A stretch of 64,000 nt of DNA from Squalus acanthias (lineage: Eukaryota): positions 62,001 to 126,000 of the forward strand of contig CM059432.1 of assembly GCA_030390025.1 (NCBI GenBank), in the 5' to 3' direction. The notes beneath the pieces are model-generated. The model was not told the DNA's origin and made no database searches. It was given only the letters and a program-made list of their open reading frames with translations. A program made the translations under genes and the position numbers. This document shows positions 36,446 to 48,787 of the stretch, piece by piece (within the stretch, counting starts at the first letter, position 1; every line of letters begins with the position of its first letter).

Positions 36446-37396
36446 TTAGTTTAAACCTCCCCCAACAGTGCTAGCAAACCTCCCCGCAAGGATATTTGTC
36501 CCGCTCTGGTTCAGGTGCAAACCATTCGACTTGTACAAGTCCCACCTTCCCCAGAAGCAGGCCCAGTGATCCATAAAACTAAAACCCTCCCTCCTGCACC
36601 AACTCTTTAGCCACGCATTCATCTGTTCTATCCTCCTATTCCTATACTCACTAGCACGTGGCACTGGGAGTAATCCAGAGATTACAACCTTTGAGGTCCT
36701 GCTCTTTAATCTGCTGCCTAGCTCCCTAAATTCTTGATGCAGGACCTCATCCCCCTTCCTACCTATGTCGTTGGTCCCAATGTGAACCACGACCTCTGCC
36801 TGCTCCCCCTCCCCCTTAAGAATGCCCTGTAGCCGCTCAGTGACATCCATGACCCTGGCCCCAAAGAGGCAACAAACCATCCTGGAGTCACGTTTATGGC
36901 CACAGAAACGCCTATCTGTTCCCCTTACGATAGAATCCCCTACCACTATTGCTCTCCCACTCTTTTTCCTCCCTTTCTGAGCAGCAGAAGCAACCCTGGT
37001 GCCAGGAAGTTGGCTGCTGCCGCTCTCCCCTGGTGAGTCATCCCCCTCAACAGTATCCAAATCGGTATACCTGTTTGAAAGGGGGATGACCGCAGGGGTC
37101 CCCTGTACTTCCTGCCTGCCTCTGCTGCTCCGCCTGATGGTCACCCATTTCCCTTCCGCCTGTGCAGCCCTACCCTGCAGCGTGACCAACTCGTTAAACG
37201 TGCTATCCACGACCCTCTCAGCATCGCGTATGCTCCAAAACTCATCCACCCGCAGCTCGAGCGCCGCAATGCGGTCTACAAGTAGCTGCAGCTGGATGCA
37301 TTTCTCACACACATGGTCCCCAGGGACACTGGCAGCGTCCCTGAATTCCCACATGGAGCAAGAGGAGCATAACACGGGGCTGATCTCACCTGTCAT
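36446..37396 (-). CDS. CR1 ORF1p (zinc finger and SGNH esterase), 316 aa
   Basis: CSSCSMW...CEKC, GDS, HIGTND, NGLH. Confidence 0.9.
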   Translation of the reverse strand: MTGEISPVLCSSCSMWEFRDAASVPGDHVCEKCIQLQLLVDRIAALELRVDEFWSIRDAERVVDSTFNELVTLQGRAAQAEGKWVTIRRSSRGRQEVQGTPAVIPLSNRYTDLDTVEGDDSPGESGSSQLPGTRVASAAQKGRKKSGRAIVVGDSIVRGTDRRFCGHKRDSRMVCCLFGARVMDVTERLQGILKGEGEQAEVVVHIGTNDIGRKGDEVLHQEFRELGSRLKSRTSKVVISGLLPVPRASEYRNRRIEQMNAWLKSWCRREGFSFMDHWACFWGRWDLYKSNGLHLNQSGTNILAGRFASTVGGGLN

Positions 37397-37621
37397 GACC
37401 TACTCCTTTAATTAAATTAAAAATGTATTCAATACCCCAGTTACAGATATACTCTAGGGCGCTTTATTTACCAACTGTCCCCACTACACCACAGAGACCC
37501 TAGAAATTTAACACCACAGAATTTAAGCTTAGAGAGAAATACTCACCAACCAATCACTTACCTGCTTTTTGGTGACGTCACACTTCGATTATTTTTCCCT
37601 CCGAGTTCGGAGACTGGTACA

Positions 37622-38553
37622 CCTTACCTGGTCTCTGGAACCTTTTATAGGCCCACTGCCGCCGTTGAAACTCCCGCCGACGCTCTGAGGCCTTACCTGG
37701 TCTCTGGAGCCTTTTATAGGCCCACTGCCACCGCTGAAACTCCCGCCGACGCTCTGAGGCCTTACCTGGGCTCTGGAGCCTTTTATAGGCCCACTGCCGC
37801 CGCTGAAACTCCCGCCGACGCTCTGAGGCCTTACCTGGTCTCTGGAGCCTTTTACAGGCCCACTGCCGCCGCTGGAACACCAGCCAACGCTCTGAGGCCT
37901 TACCTGGTCTCTGGAGCCTTTTATAGGCCCACTGCCGCCGCTGAAACACCCGCCGACGCTCTGAGGCCTTACCTGGTCTCTGGAGCCTTTTATAGGCCCA
38001 CTGCCGCCGCTGAAACTCCCGCCGACGCTCTGAGGCCTTACCTGGTCTCTGGAGCCTTTTATAGGCCCACTGCCGCCACTGAAACTCGCGCCGACGCTCT
38101 GAGGCCTTACCTGGTCTCTGGAGCCTTTTATAGGCCCACTGCCGCCGCTGAAACTCCCGCCGACGCTCTGAGGCCTTACCTGGTCTCTGGAGCCTTTTAT
38201 AGGCCCACTGCCACCACTGAAACTCGCGCCGACGCTCTGAGGCCTTACCTGGTCTCTGGAGCCTTTTATAGGCCCACTGCCGCCGCTGAAACACCCGCCG
38301 ACGCTCTGAGGCCTTACCTGGTCTCTGGAGCCTTTTATAGGCCCACTGCCGCCACTGAAACTCGCGCCGACGCTCTGAGGCCTTACCTGGTCTCTGGAGC
38401 CTTTTATAGGCCCACTGCCGCCGCTGAAACTCCCGCCGACGCTCTGAGGCCTTACCTGGTCTCTGGAGCCTTTTATAGGCCCACTGCCACCACTGAAACT
38501 CGCGCCGACGCTCTGAGGCCTTACCTGGTCTCTGGAGCCTTTTATAGGCCCAC
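37622..38553 (-). repeat. 69-bp tandem monomers (~13.5) in the CR1 5' UTR, nearly all with TATAAAA
   Basis: Element-sense unit contains CAGTGGGCCTATAAAAGGCTCCAGAGACCAGGTAAGG. Confidence 0.93.
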
Positions 38554-39220
38554 TGTATTACATAGAATGTACAGCACAGAAAGAGTCCATTCAGCCCAAC
38601 TGGTCCGTGCCGGTGTTTCTGCTCCACACGAGCCTCCTCCCACCCCTCTTCATCTCACCCCATCACCATATCCTTCTATTCCTTTCTCCCTCATGTGTTT
38701 ATCTCGCTTCCCCTTAAATGCATCTATACTATTCGCCTCAACCACTCCCTGTGGTAGCAAGTTCCACATTCTCACCACTCTCTGGGTAAAGAAGTTTCTC
38801 CTGAATTCCCTATTGGATTTATTAGTGACTGTCTTATATTTATGGCCCCTAGTTCTGGTCTCTCCCAACAAGTTGAAACATCTTCTCTACATCTTCCCCA
38901 TCAAACCCTTTCATTACGTTAAAGACCTCGATCAGGAGTGAAGGTGAAGAGAGTCAGTGAACTGAGAAGTGAGAATCAGGCAGCTAAATGGTTAAATCTG
39001 ACAACAAATATTAAGAAATAACAAAGGGTAAAAAATGTATTTTTCAAACTATATGGAAATGTGAATAATGCTAATGTTGGTGTGGGCTCCACCCCCTGAG
39101 CCTCAGTGGCTGTTTTTGGCCCTCCCCTTAAATCTCATTGGTTGGCTGCCTCATGAGCTGATATTTGGGTTGGAACCTCATGCTCTGGAAAGGCGGAGGG
39201 ATGAGGAGGCGAAACATATT

Positions 39221-39962
39221 GGCCCAGAAATTGATCCCGGGACGCGAGAGTACGCACTGCGTACTCTCGCGTATTCCCACTCCAATTGCCGGTTTTCTGC
39301 ATGCCCTGCGCATGCGCTGAAAACCGGCAATTGCTCTTTTGAAAAGGGGGCGGTTCCTCGGTGCATCGCGTGCGCGCTACAGGCTGCGCGCACGCTGTGC
39401 ACTTCATGCTTTGGACGCGCAGGTAAGTACGGAAGATTTTAGAAATGGAAAAAGGAGGAGTAAGACCCACTTTTAAGAAGGTAAGTAGTGAATTAAGTAT
39501 TTTTTTGAATTTTTTTTAACAGGTATATCTTTTTTAGAGACTTTAAAGACAGGTAAGTTTATTTTTATAACTTTTTAAAAGATTTTACATTTTTTCAAAA
39601 ATTTAATTTTTTATTTAAAATGGTTAATTTAATTAACTATACTTATTTTATTAATGTGATGGTTTTTTTTAAATTTAATTGAGGTTTAGCTGTTATTTTG
39701 GGGGGGTGTAAGATTCATAGATTTCACAGCACGTATGTCAAACTTATGAATGGAAGATGGTGTGCTGCCATTGGCTCTAACTGAGTCACGTGATCCCACA
39801 GCTCGCACGAATTCACTACGCCGCTGGGATACGCAAGCACTGCCCAGCTGATGTCTGGAACATCAAGTTCGTGCGAGCTGGATCTGAAAAAGCACAAGCG
39901 GAGTGAGAGATCGCGGGGAAGCCTTACCCCCGCAGGAACAGAGCGAGATCAATTTCTGGGCC
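39221..39962. mobile_element. MITE (742 bp) with perfect 16-bp TIR GGCCCAGAAATTGATC, probably Harbinger-type; unit-2-specific
   Basis: TIRs at 39221-39236 and 39947-39962; flanks ATT/AAT versus reconstructed empty site catATTgtg. Confidence 0.85.
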
Positions 39963-40149
39963 AATGTGTGTGGAGTCTGGGATCAGGAGTTGGAGCAGAA
40001 TTCTCTTTAAGAAGGTTGAGTGAAGCCTGGCTTTAATTTGGTGACTGGTTGGTCTAAACTGTGCTGTGTGGTTTGGGTCTGTGTTCTTGTGTCTTTACTA
40101 ACGGAGGATCCTCCCTCTCTGTTTCACTCATTCCTGCAGGTTTTAAACC

Positions 40150-40272
40150 ATGGCGGCTGTGAGGGCAACCCTGGTTATGGACAATGGATCTGGAATAACT
40201 AAGGCCGGGTATGCAGGGGACGATGGCCCCTGTGTTTCATTTCCCTCCGTCGTGGGGCGTCCTCAAGAACAG
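40150..40272 (+). CDS. Divergent actin-like protein copy 2, coding exon 1
   Basis: Same peptide as copy 1; donor CAG|GTGAGT. Confidence 0.92.
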
Positions 40273-41244
40273 GTGAGTCCTACAACGAGACATTGGAAGG
40301 AGATTCAATCCTTTGCTTTGGGTGTAAGGTGGGGGCTGGGTCTGCCTTTCCATATTTCAAACAGCCAGCTGAATGTTAATGTATCGTCCCGGGGCTGAGA
40401 TCAACCTTAACCCTCGCTGGCTCTTGCTCTTGCAGTGAGCAATGTCCACAGTGTGTGCGTGTCCCTTTCCCCTGTTGTGGTGGTTTTTAGATATCAGTGC
40501 GGGGCTGTTCCAGTTTGGGTTTTTACTCGAACCCTACTCCTTGGCCCCAGTTTCTCGAAAAACAGGCTGCATCTCTGATGAAGTGAATGCTAAGGCTTGG
40601 TCCAATTGGATTGCGGCCAGAACAAATAAATCAAACGGCAAACATGTTGGTCATGTGTTAGAGGACTGGTGTGTGTGGAAGGTTGGCAGTGAGGGCGCGA
40701 CTATCTGTTACGCACCCCGCCTGTTTTCCTGCCCCTGTCTTCAGTGGCGAGGACAATCCGGTGGGTGAGGAGAATCCGGCGGGCGATCTGCTCTCACCAG
40801 TTTCCATCCTTGCCAAAGTTGAAAATGACTCCCAATTTGCATTGGCTCTTTTCTACCCTCTCCGTTCCAATCAACTCTACGTTGCTTTGTAAGTTTTGCT
40901 ATTTAACTATAAGATGAAATTAAAGTATTGCTCCTCGATCTCCTGTTGCACTGCACACGGGCCGGCAAGACCAAGCGTCATCTTCAGATTAAGTGGGCAA
41001 TGTGGACATAGATTCCAATGTCTACATTGAAACCTCATCCTCGTTTTCAAATCTCTCCAGGGCCTCGCCCCTCCCTATCTCTGTACCCTCCTCCAGCCCC
41101 ACAACCCTCCGAGATCTCTGCACTCCTCCAATTCTGGCCTCTTGAGCATCCCTCGATTATAATCGCTCCACCATTGGCGGCCGTGTCTTCAGCTGCCTGG
41201 GCCCCGAGCTCTGGTATTCCCTCCCTAAACCTCTCTGCCACTCT

Positions 41245-43645
41245 CATAGAAACATAGAAACATAGAAGATAGGAGCAGGAGTAGGCCATTCGGCCCCTCG
41301 AGCCTGCTCCGCCATTCGATGAGATCATGGCTGATCCAATCTTGGCCTCAACACCACTTTCCCGCCCGATCCCCATACCCCTTGACTCCCTTGTAGTTCA
41401 AATATCTGTCTATCTCAGCCTTGAATATATTTAATGACTCCACCTCCACAGCTCTCTGGGGTAGAGAATTCCAAAGATTCACGACCCTCTGAGAGAAGAA
41501 ATTCCTCCTCATCTCTGTTTTAAATGGGCGACCCCTTATCCTGAAATTATGCCCCCTAGTTCTAGATTTCCCCACGAGGGGAAACATCCTCCCTGCATCT
41601 ACCCTGTCGAGCCCCCTCAGAATCTTACACGTTTCAATAAGATCACCTCTCAATCTTCTAAACTCTAATGAGTATAGGCCCAGCCTGCTCAATCTTTCTT
41701 CATAAGACAACCCCTTCATCTCAGGAATTAACCTCGTGAACCTTCTCTGAACAGCCTCCAACGCAAGTATATCCTTCCTTAAATAAGGAGACCAAAACTG
41801 TACGCAGTACTCCAGGTGTGGTCTCACCAACACCCTGTACAGTTGTAGCAAGACTTCCCTACTTTTATACTCTATCCCCCTTGCAATAAAGGCCAACATT
41901 CCATTTGCCTTCCTAATTACTTGCTGTACCTGCATGCTAACTTTTTGTGTTTCATGTACAAGGACCCCCAGATCCCTCTGTACCTCAGCATTTTGTAGTC
42001 TCTCTCCATTTAAATAATAATTTGATTTTTTATTCTTCCTACCAAAGTGGATAACCTCACATTTTCCCACATTATACTCCATCTGCCAAATTCTCGCCCA
42101 CTCACTTAACCTATCTATATCCCTTTGCAGACTCTTTGTGTCCTCCTCACAACTTGCTTTCCCAACTATCTTTGTATCGTCAGCAAATTTGGCTACAGTA
42201 CACTCGGTCCCTTCATCCAAGTCATTAATATAGATTGTAAATAGTTGAGGCCCCAGCACTGATTCCTGTGGCACCCCACTAGTTACAGTTTGCCAACCGG
42301 AAAATGACCCATTTATCCCGACTCTCTGTTTTCTGTTAGTTAGCCTATCCTCTATCCATGCTAATATATTACCCCCAACCCCGTGAGCTCTTATCTTGTG
42401 CAGTAACCTTTTATGTATGACATGAATCTTGTCATTCATGTATGAAGTAATACTGAGCGGCCTGCTGGTGGCGCTGTCCAGGGAGAGTATAAATACTCGG
42501 GCATGGGCCCAGCTTGCTTAGGACATTCCTCAACAGGAACTAGTGAAGGACACAACTAGATCTCCATGTTGAAAAACAGTTGATTAAAGCTTTGTTTAAC
42601 GCTTAGACCAAGTGCCTAGTAGTTTTCTTACGTCAATGTACATATTCATGTACAAGGACACGCAGGTCCCACTAAATGCAAACATTTCCCAGTCTCTCAC
42701 CATTCAAAAAATATTCTGCTTTTTTGTTTTTCCTACCAAAGTGGATAACTTCACACTTCCCCACATTGTATTCCATTTGTCTTGTTCTTACCCATTCTGT
42801 CAACCTGTCTATATCTCTCTGCAGCCTCTTTGCGTCCTCCTCACAGCTTACTTTCCCACCTAACTTTGTACCATCAGCAAACTTGGATACGTTACACTCA
42901 GTCCCTTCATCTGAGTCATTAATATAGATTGTAAATAGCTGAGGCCCAGGCACGGATCCTTGCGGTACCCCACTAGTTACAGCCTGCCAACCCGAAAAAG
43001 TCCTGTTTATTCCTACTCCCGGTTTTCTGTCCATTAACCAATCCTCAATCCATGCTAATACATTACCCCCAATCCCATGAGTGCTAATTTTGTGTAATAA
43101 CCTCTTGTGTGGCACCTTATCGAATGCTTTTTGAAAATCCAAATACACCACATCTACTGATTCCCCCTTATCCATCCCACTAGTTACATCTTCAAAAAAC
43201 TCTCACAAATTTGTCAAACACGATTTCCCTTTCATAAATCCATATTGACTCTGCCTAATTATACTACAATTTTCTAAGTGCCCTGTTACCATGTCCCTAA
43301 TAATAGATTTTAGCATTTTGCCTACTACTGATGTCAGGCTAACTGGCCTATAGTTCCCTGTTTTTTCTCTTCCTCCTTTCTTAAATATTGAGGTTATGTC
43401 TGCTACCTTCTAATCCTTGGGGACTGTTGTAGGATCTAGGGAATTCTGGAAGATTAATACCAGTGCAGCCACTATCTCTGCAGTTACCTCTGCGGGGATT
43501 TGTCGTCACTTTGTCCCATTAATTTCTCCTCCTATGTCTTTACTTATACTGATTTCTTTAAGTTCCTCATTCTCTCTAAACCCTTGTTTCTCCATTATTT
43601 CCAGAATGTTTTTTGTGACTTCTAACATGAAGACAGATACAAAGT
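41245..43645 (-). mobile_element. Two CR1 fragments (41245-42415; ~42646-43645) in the actin copy-2 intron
   Basis: ORFs 41348..42439 and 42672..43175 carry RT motifs. Confidence 0.88.
42412..42648 (+). mobile_element. Possible short solo LTR
   Basis: tatgta...tacata inverted ends, internal TATAAAT and ATTAAA; no clear TSD. Confidence 0.35.
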
Positions 43646-44021
43646 CTGAAGGGATAATTACTAGTCCTAGCCCCTTTAGGGCTACCCCAGATCAGGCGTA
43701 TTCCCCAGACGTTCACTTTCAACTATAGTTTGAGGTAGCTGAATCCTAAAGACGCTTAATTGGGTCTAAAGGTCCGGACTATCTCTCCCTAAAGGAACAT
43801 CCTGAAAATGTTGCCGTCCTCCAGATAGCACTTTTAATAAGTTTAGCTAGACTGTAACATTCCGGATATTATGAGGGTCCGAAAACTCCCCCAGAATTCT
43901 GCCACTCCTCACTAAAGAGTGTACACAGATTGAGTTCGCGAGTTTGATACAGAAGTCTTATGTGAGACAATTCTAAAAATATATAGATTTATTAAAGAAC
44001 CGACATGTATTTTACAGTTAC

Positions 44022-44676
44022 GATAGCAAAATACTGCGGATGCTGGAAATCCGAAATAACAACAGAAAACGCTGGAAAAACTCAGCAGGCCACGCACCAT
44101 CCGTGGAGAGAGAAAGAGAGTTAACGTTTCAGGTCGATGACGTTTCATCAGAACTGGGAAGAGCCTGAAATCAAATAGATTTAAGGCCAGGGTAAAGCTG
44201 GGAAAAGGGGGAGGGGATAAAGGAACAAAGGGGGAGATGAAGAGACATTAAGAGACATTAATAGATATGCAAGGCTAGAGCTGGTGTTAATGTGACAGAT
44301 TAAGGCTGAATGAAGTGTGAAATCCACTGGCAGAATGAAGGACAGCTGCCAGCTTCTAGGAGGAAAAAAAAAGGTGGGGGGGGGACACATAAAAGGGTGG
44401 ATAAAATAAAATATAAATGTGATTGGAGCTGAGGTTATGATCTGAAATTGTTGAACTCGATATTGAGTCCAGAGGGCTGTAGCGTGCCTAAACGAAAGAT
44501 GAGGTGCTGTTCCTCGAGCTTACGCTGAGCTTCCGTGGAACAGTGTAATAGGCCGAGGACGGTGAGGTCAGAGTGGGAGTGAAGCGGTGAATTAAAGTGA
44601 CAGGCCACCGGGAGCTCGGGGTCCCCCTTACGGACTGAACGGAAGTGTTCCGCAAAGCGGTCACCCAATCTGCGTA
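44022..44676 (-). mobile_element. Penelope-like element 3' fragment: GIY-YIG C-terminus plus terminal hammerhead region
   Basis: ORF 44435..44668 RFAEH...PVACHFNS..HS...RKLEEQHLIFRLGTLQPSGLN. Confidence 0.8.
44119..44155 (-). ncRNA. Minimal hammerhead ribozyme of a Penelope-like element
   Basis: Minus strand AGTT-CTGATGA-AACGTC(ATC)GACCT-GAAAC-GTT-AACT, with one stem II mismatch. Confidence 0.6.
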
Positions 44677-44855
44677 AGGTTATTGATTCAGTGTCAACAA
44701 CTATCTTATCTGTACGGCCAGAATGTTTTCAGAGCTTCTTCATAGTTAGGTTTCTAGATTTCCAAACCCAGTTTGCCATGTTTTAATAAGGCCAGAATTC
44801 TTTCATAGAATGGTGTATTTTTCTGAATAGGTTATATGGCTTATTCCTTCACAAG

Positions 44856-47050
44856 TCTTCTTAGGCAGTCCCTTGGAACTGAGGATGACTTGCTTCCACA
44901 TTAAAAATGGGTTCTCAGGTGACTGATGAGTCCAATGCGGGACCTATAGTCTCTGTCACAGGTGGGGCAGACGGTGGTTGAAGGGGCGGGTGGGTGGGGT
45001 GCATGGGTTGACGTGCGCTCCTTGCGCTGCTTGCGCTTGGCTTTCGCTTGCTCCCGGCGAAGAGACTCGAGGTGTTCGTCGCCTTCCCGGATGCTTCTCC
45101 TCCACTTTGTGCGGTCTTGGGCCAGGGATTCCCAGGTGTTGGTGGGGATGTTGCACTTTTTCAAGGAGGCTTTGAGGGTGTCCTTGAAGTGTTTCCTCTG
45201 CCCACCTGGGGCTCTCTTGCCGCGTCGGAGCTCCGAGTAGAGCGCTTGTTTTGGGAGTCTCGTATCGGACATGCGGACGATGTGACCCGTCCATCGGAGC
45301 TGATCGAGCGTGGTCAAAGCTTCGATGCTGGGGATGTTGGCCTGAGCGAGAACACTGACGTTGGTGCGCCTATCCTGCCAATGGATTTGCAGGATCTTGC
45401 GGAGGCAGCATTGGTGGTACCTCTCCAGTGCTTTGAGGTGCCTGCTGTCCATGGTCCATGTCTCTGAGGCATACAGCAGGGCGGGTATCACTGCTGCTCT
45501 GTAGACCATGAGCTTAGTGCCGGGTTTGAGGTCCGGGTCTTCAAACACTCTCTTCCTCAGTCGACCGAAGGCTGCACTGGCACACTGAAGGCGGTGTTGG
45601 ACTTCGTCATCGAAATCTGCCCTTGTTGACAGTGGGCTCCCGAGGTATGGAAAGTGGTCCACGTTGTCCAAGTCCTCATCATGGATTTTGATGATCGGGG
45701 GGGCAGTACTGTGTGGCGGGGGCAGATTGGTAGAGGACCTTTGTCTTACGGATGTTTAGTGTAAGGCCCATGCTCTCATTCGCTTTGGTGAAGGTGTTGA
45801 CGATGGTTTGGAGTTCGACCTCCAAGTGAGTGCAGACGCAAGCGTCATCTGCATACTGCAATTTGACGACAGAGGATGGGACGACCTTGGATCTGGACTG
45901 GAGGCAATGGAGGTTGAACAGTTTCCCGTTTGTTCTGTAAATTAGCACCACTCCAGCGGGGAGCTTACTGAGGGTGAGATGGAGCATTGCAGCAAGGAAG
46001 ATCGAGAAGAGCATTGGTGCGATGACACAGCCTTGCTTGACACCGGTCCGTATGTGAATTAGGTCTGTGATGGATCCGTTGGTCAGGATCACGGCTTGAA
46101 TATCGTCGTGAAGCAGGCGGAGGATGGTGACAAACTTTTGAGGGCAGCCGAATTTGAGGAGGACACTCCATCATCTTGGATCCCCTTGCCATTGGACCAA
46201 GACCTTGCTCTGTCAAGCCCGTGTGGTAGCTGGTGTGCAACGGCCACCCCACGTTAAAAGAATTCACGCACAGACATCTTCCACCCTTTAAAATGAAGTT
46301 CGGGACCTGGAACGTCAGGACCCTCATGGACAACCCCAACAGTGACAGACCGGAACGCCGTACTGCTATCGTTGCCCGGGAGCTCAGACGTTTCGACATT
46401 GACATCGCCGCCCTAAATAAGGCCCGGCGGGCAGGGGAAGGCCAGCTCAAGGAGCAAGGCGATGGCTACACCTTCTTCTGGAAAGGCAAACCTGAAGAAG
46501 AACACCGCCTCCATGGGGTGGGCTTCGCCTTAAAAAATGAACTAGTTGGGCGTCTCAGAGACTCCCCTAGTGGTATAAACGAGCGCCTCATGACTCTTCG
46601 GCTCACACTAGCCCGGAACCAGTGCGCTACGGTCATCAGTGCGTATGCCCCAACACTGGAAGCCACAGACGAGACCAAAGAGGAATTCTACTCCAGCCTC
46701 GAACAATCCCTGTCCCGAGTCCCAACGGGCGACAAGCTAATCCTCATTGGCGACTTTAATACCAGAGTTGGAAAGGACACAGACCTCTGGGGAGGTGTGA
46801 TCGTCAAAGAGGGGGTAGGGAAAGCCAACTCCAACGGTACCCTCCTCCTGACGAAATGCTTAGAACATGGCCTTGTCATAACCAACACCTTGTTCCATCA
46901 AAGAGACAAGTACAAGGCTTCATGGCAGCACCCTCGCGCCAAGCACTGGCATCTGCTGGACCACGTCATCGTCCGAGCGAGGGACCGCAAGGACATAGGC
47001 AGCACTCGCGCCATGACAGGAGCTGACGACTGCTGGACAGACCATTGCCT
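44856..47050. mobile_element. RTE LINE with 5' inversion: 3' part on minus (44856-46170), 5' UTR and endonuclease on plus (46171-47050)
   Basis: ORFs 44901..45671 and 45679..46092 (-; GVKQGC, QYADD) and 46233..47072 (+; FGTWNVRTL, GDFN, TDH). Confidence 0.85.
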
Positions 47051-47494
47051 AGGGATGGACAATAAATGCTGACCTTGCCAGCGACGCCCACATCCTATGA
47101 ATGAATAAAAAAAGAGAGGAGGTTGACTGTTCCTCCACCCATGCTTTCCAATAACTGGCAGAGTGCCCCAGACTTGGGTTCTGATCTGAGGTTCTGCCTC
47201 GCTCACTTTTTAAAATCTCTGCACCCTTCCTCTTCCAGCTCTTGTATCTGGACATCAGGACATGGGGTAGACCACACGGCCCCTCGAGCCTGCTCCGCCA
47301 TTCAATAAGATCACGGCTAATCTTCTACCTCATCTCCACTTTCTCGCCCTATCCCCATATCGCTTGATTCCCTTAGTGCCCATAAATCTATCGATCTCTG
47401 TCTTGAATACACTCAATGACTGAGCCTCCATAGCCCTCTGGGGTAGAGAATTCCAAAGATTCACCACCCTCTGAGTGAAGACATGTCTCCTCAT

Positions 47495-48062
47495 TTTTAA
47501 AAATTTGTTCCTGGGATGTGGGTTGTCGCTGGCAAGGCCAGCATTTATTGCCCATCCCTAATTGCCCTTGATAAGGTGGTGGTGAGCCGCCTTCTTGAAC
47601 CGCTGCAGTCCGTGTGGTGAAGGTACTCCCACAGCGCTGTTAGGGAGGGAGTTCCAGGATTTTGACCCAGTGACGATGAAGGAATGACGATATACATCCA
47701 AGTCAGGATGGTGTGTGACTTGAAGGGAAACTTGCAGGTGGTGGTGTTCCCATGCTCTGCTGCCCTTGTCCTTCTAGTTGGTAGAGGTCGCGGGTTTGGG
47801 AGGTGCTGCCGAAGAAGCCTTGGCGAGTTACTGCAGTGCATCTTGTAGATGGGACACACTGCAGCCACGGTACGGCGGTGATGGAGGGAGTGAATGTTTA
47901 AGGTGGTGGATGGGCGGCCAATCAAGTGGGCTGCTTTGTCTTGGATGGTGTCGAGCTTCTTCAGTGTTGTTGGAGCTGCAGTCATCCAGGCAAGTGGAGA
48001 GTATTCCATCACACTCCTGACTTGTGCCTTGTAGATGGTGGAAAGGCTTTGGGGAGTCAGAA
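47495..48062 (-). mobile_element. LINE 3' end (CR1/L2 group) sharing its tail with the SINE at 1053-1912
   Basis: ORF 47545..48012 MEYSPLAW...LDTIQDKAA...SLHHRRTVAA, followed by the shared tail. Confidence 0.7.
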
Positions 48063-48787
48063 GGTATCATCTCAGGCCTAAATGGCCAATCCCTTTATCC
48101 TGAGACTATGCCCCCTAGTTCTAAACTCTCCAGCCAGGGGAAACAGCCTCCCAGCATCTACCCTTGGACGTTTCAATGAGATCAGCTTTCAATCTTCTAA
48201 ACTCCAGAGATTATAGGCCCATTCTATTCAATCACAGGACAGCCCTCTCATCCCATGAATCAATCTAGTGGACCTTCGTTGCACCTCCTCTTAGGCAAGT
48301 AAATCCTTCCTTGGGCAAGGAGACCAAGACTGTACACAGTACTCCAGGTGTGGTCTCACCAAAGCCCCATATAATTGCAGCAAGACTTCCTTACCCCCTT
48401 TCAATAAAAGCTAACATATCATTTGCCTTCCTAAATGCCTGCTGTATCTGCATGTTACCAACATTTACTCGTCTCTCACCTTTTTATTCTATCTTTCTAT
48501 TCTTCCTACCAAAGTGGATCATTTCAGATTCCCCCACATTATACTCCATCTGCCACCTTCTTGCCCAATCACTTAACTGCTCCATCCCCATATCCCTTGA
48601 TTCCCTTAATGCCCAGAAACCACTAACCCTCGCTTTACAATGTACAGTGCTACTGAATCCTGACCCAAATCATTTCAGCCACAATGATACAAAAAATTGA
48701 CTTGAATACAAATCTGGAGCATGTTTGTGTAAAACACTCCTGCCTGGTTTATTGTGAATTCATCCTTTGTTTTATTCCCCATTCTAG

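Larger units (their letters stand above)
33446..38553 (-). mobile_element. Full-length, apparently intact CR1 LINE (5.1 kb), TSD TGTATTA, unit-2-specific
   Basis: TGTATTA at 33439-33445 and 38554-38560; single copy at the empty site ~2214-2220. Both ORFs are open. Confidence 0.95.

Noticed and set aside
37640..38550. CCTTTTATAGG as an actin-type CArG box array
   Set aside because: It has 7 A/T bases between CC and GG, whereas CArG needs 6. Better read as the LINE's TATA motif.
37578..38627. 349-aa repeat protein ORF
   Set aside because: By-product of the 69-bp monomers (a multiple of 3); its start lies outside the element's TSD.
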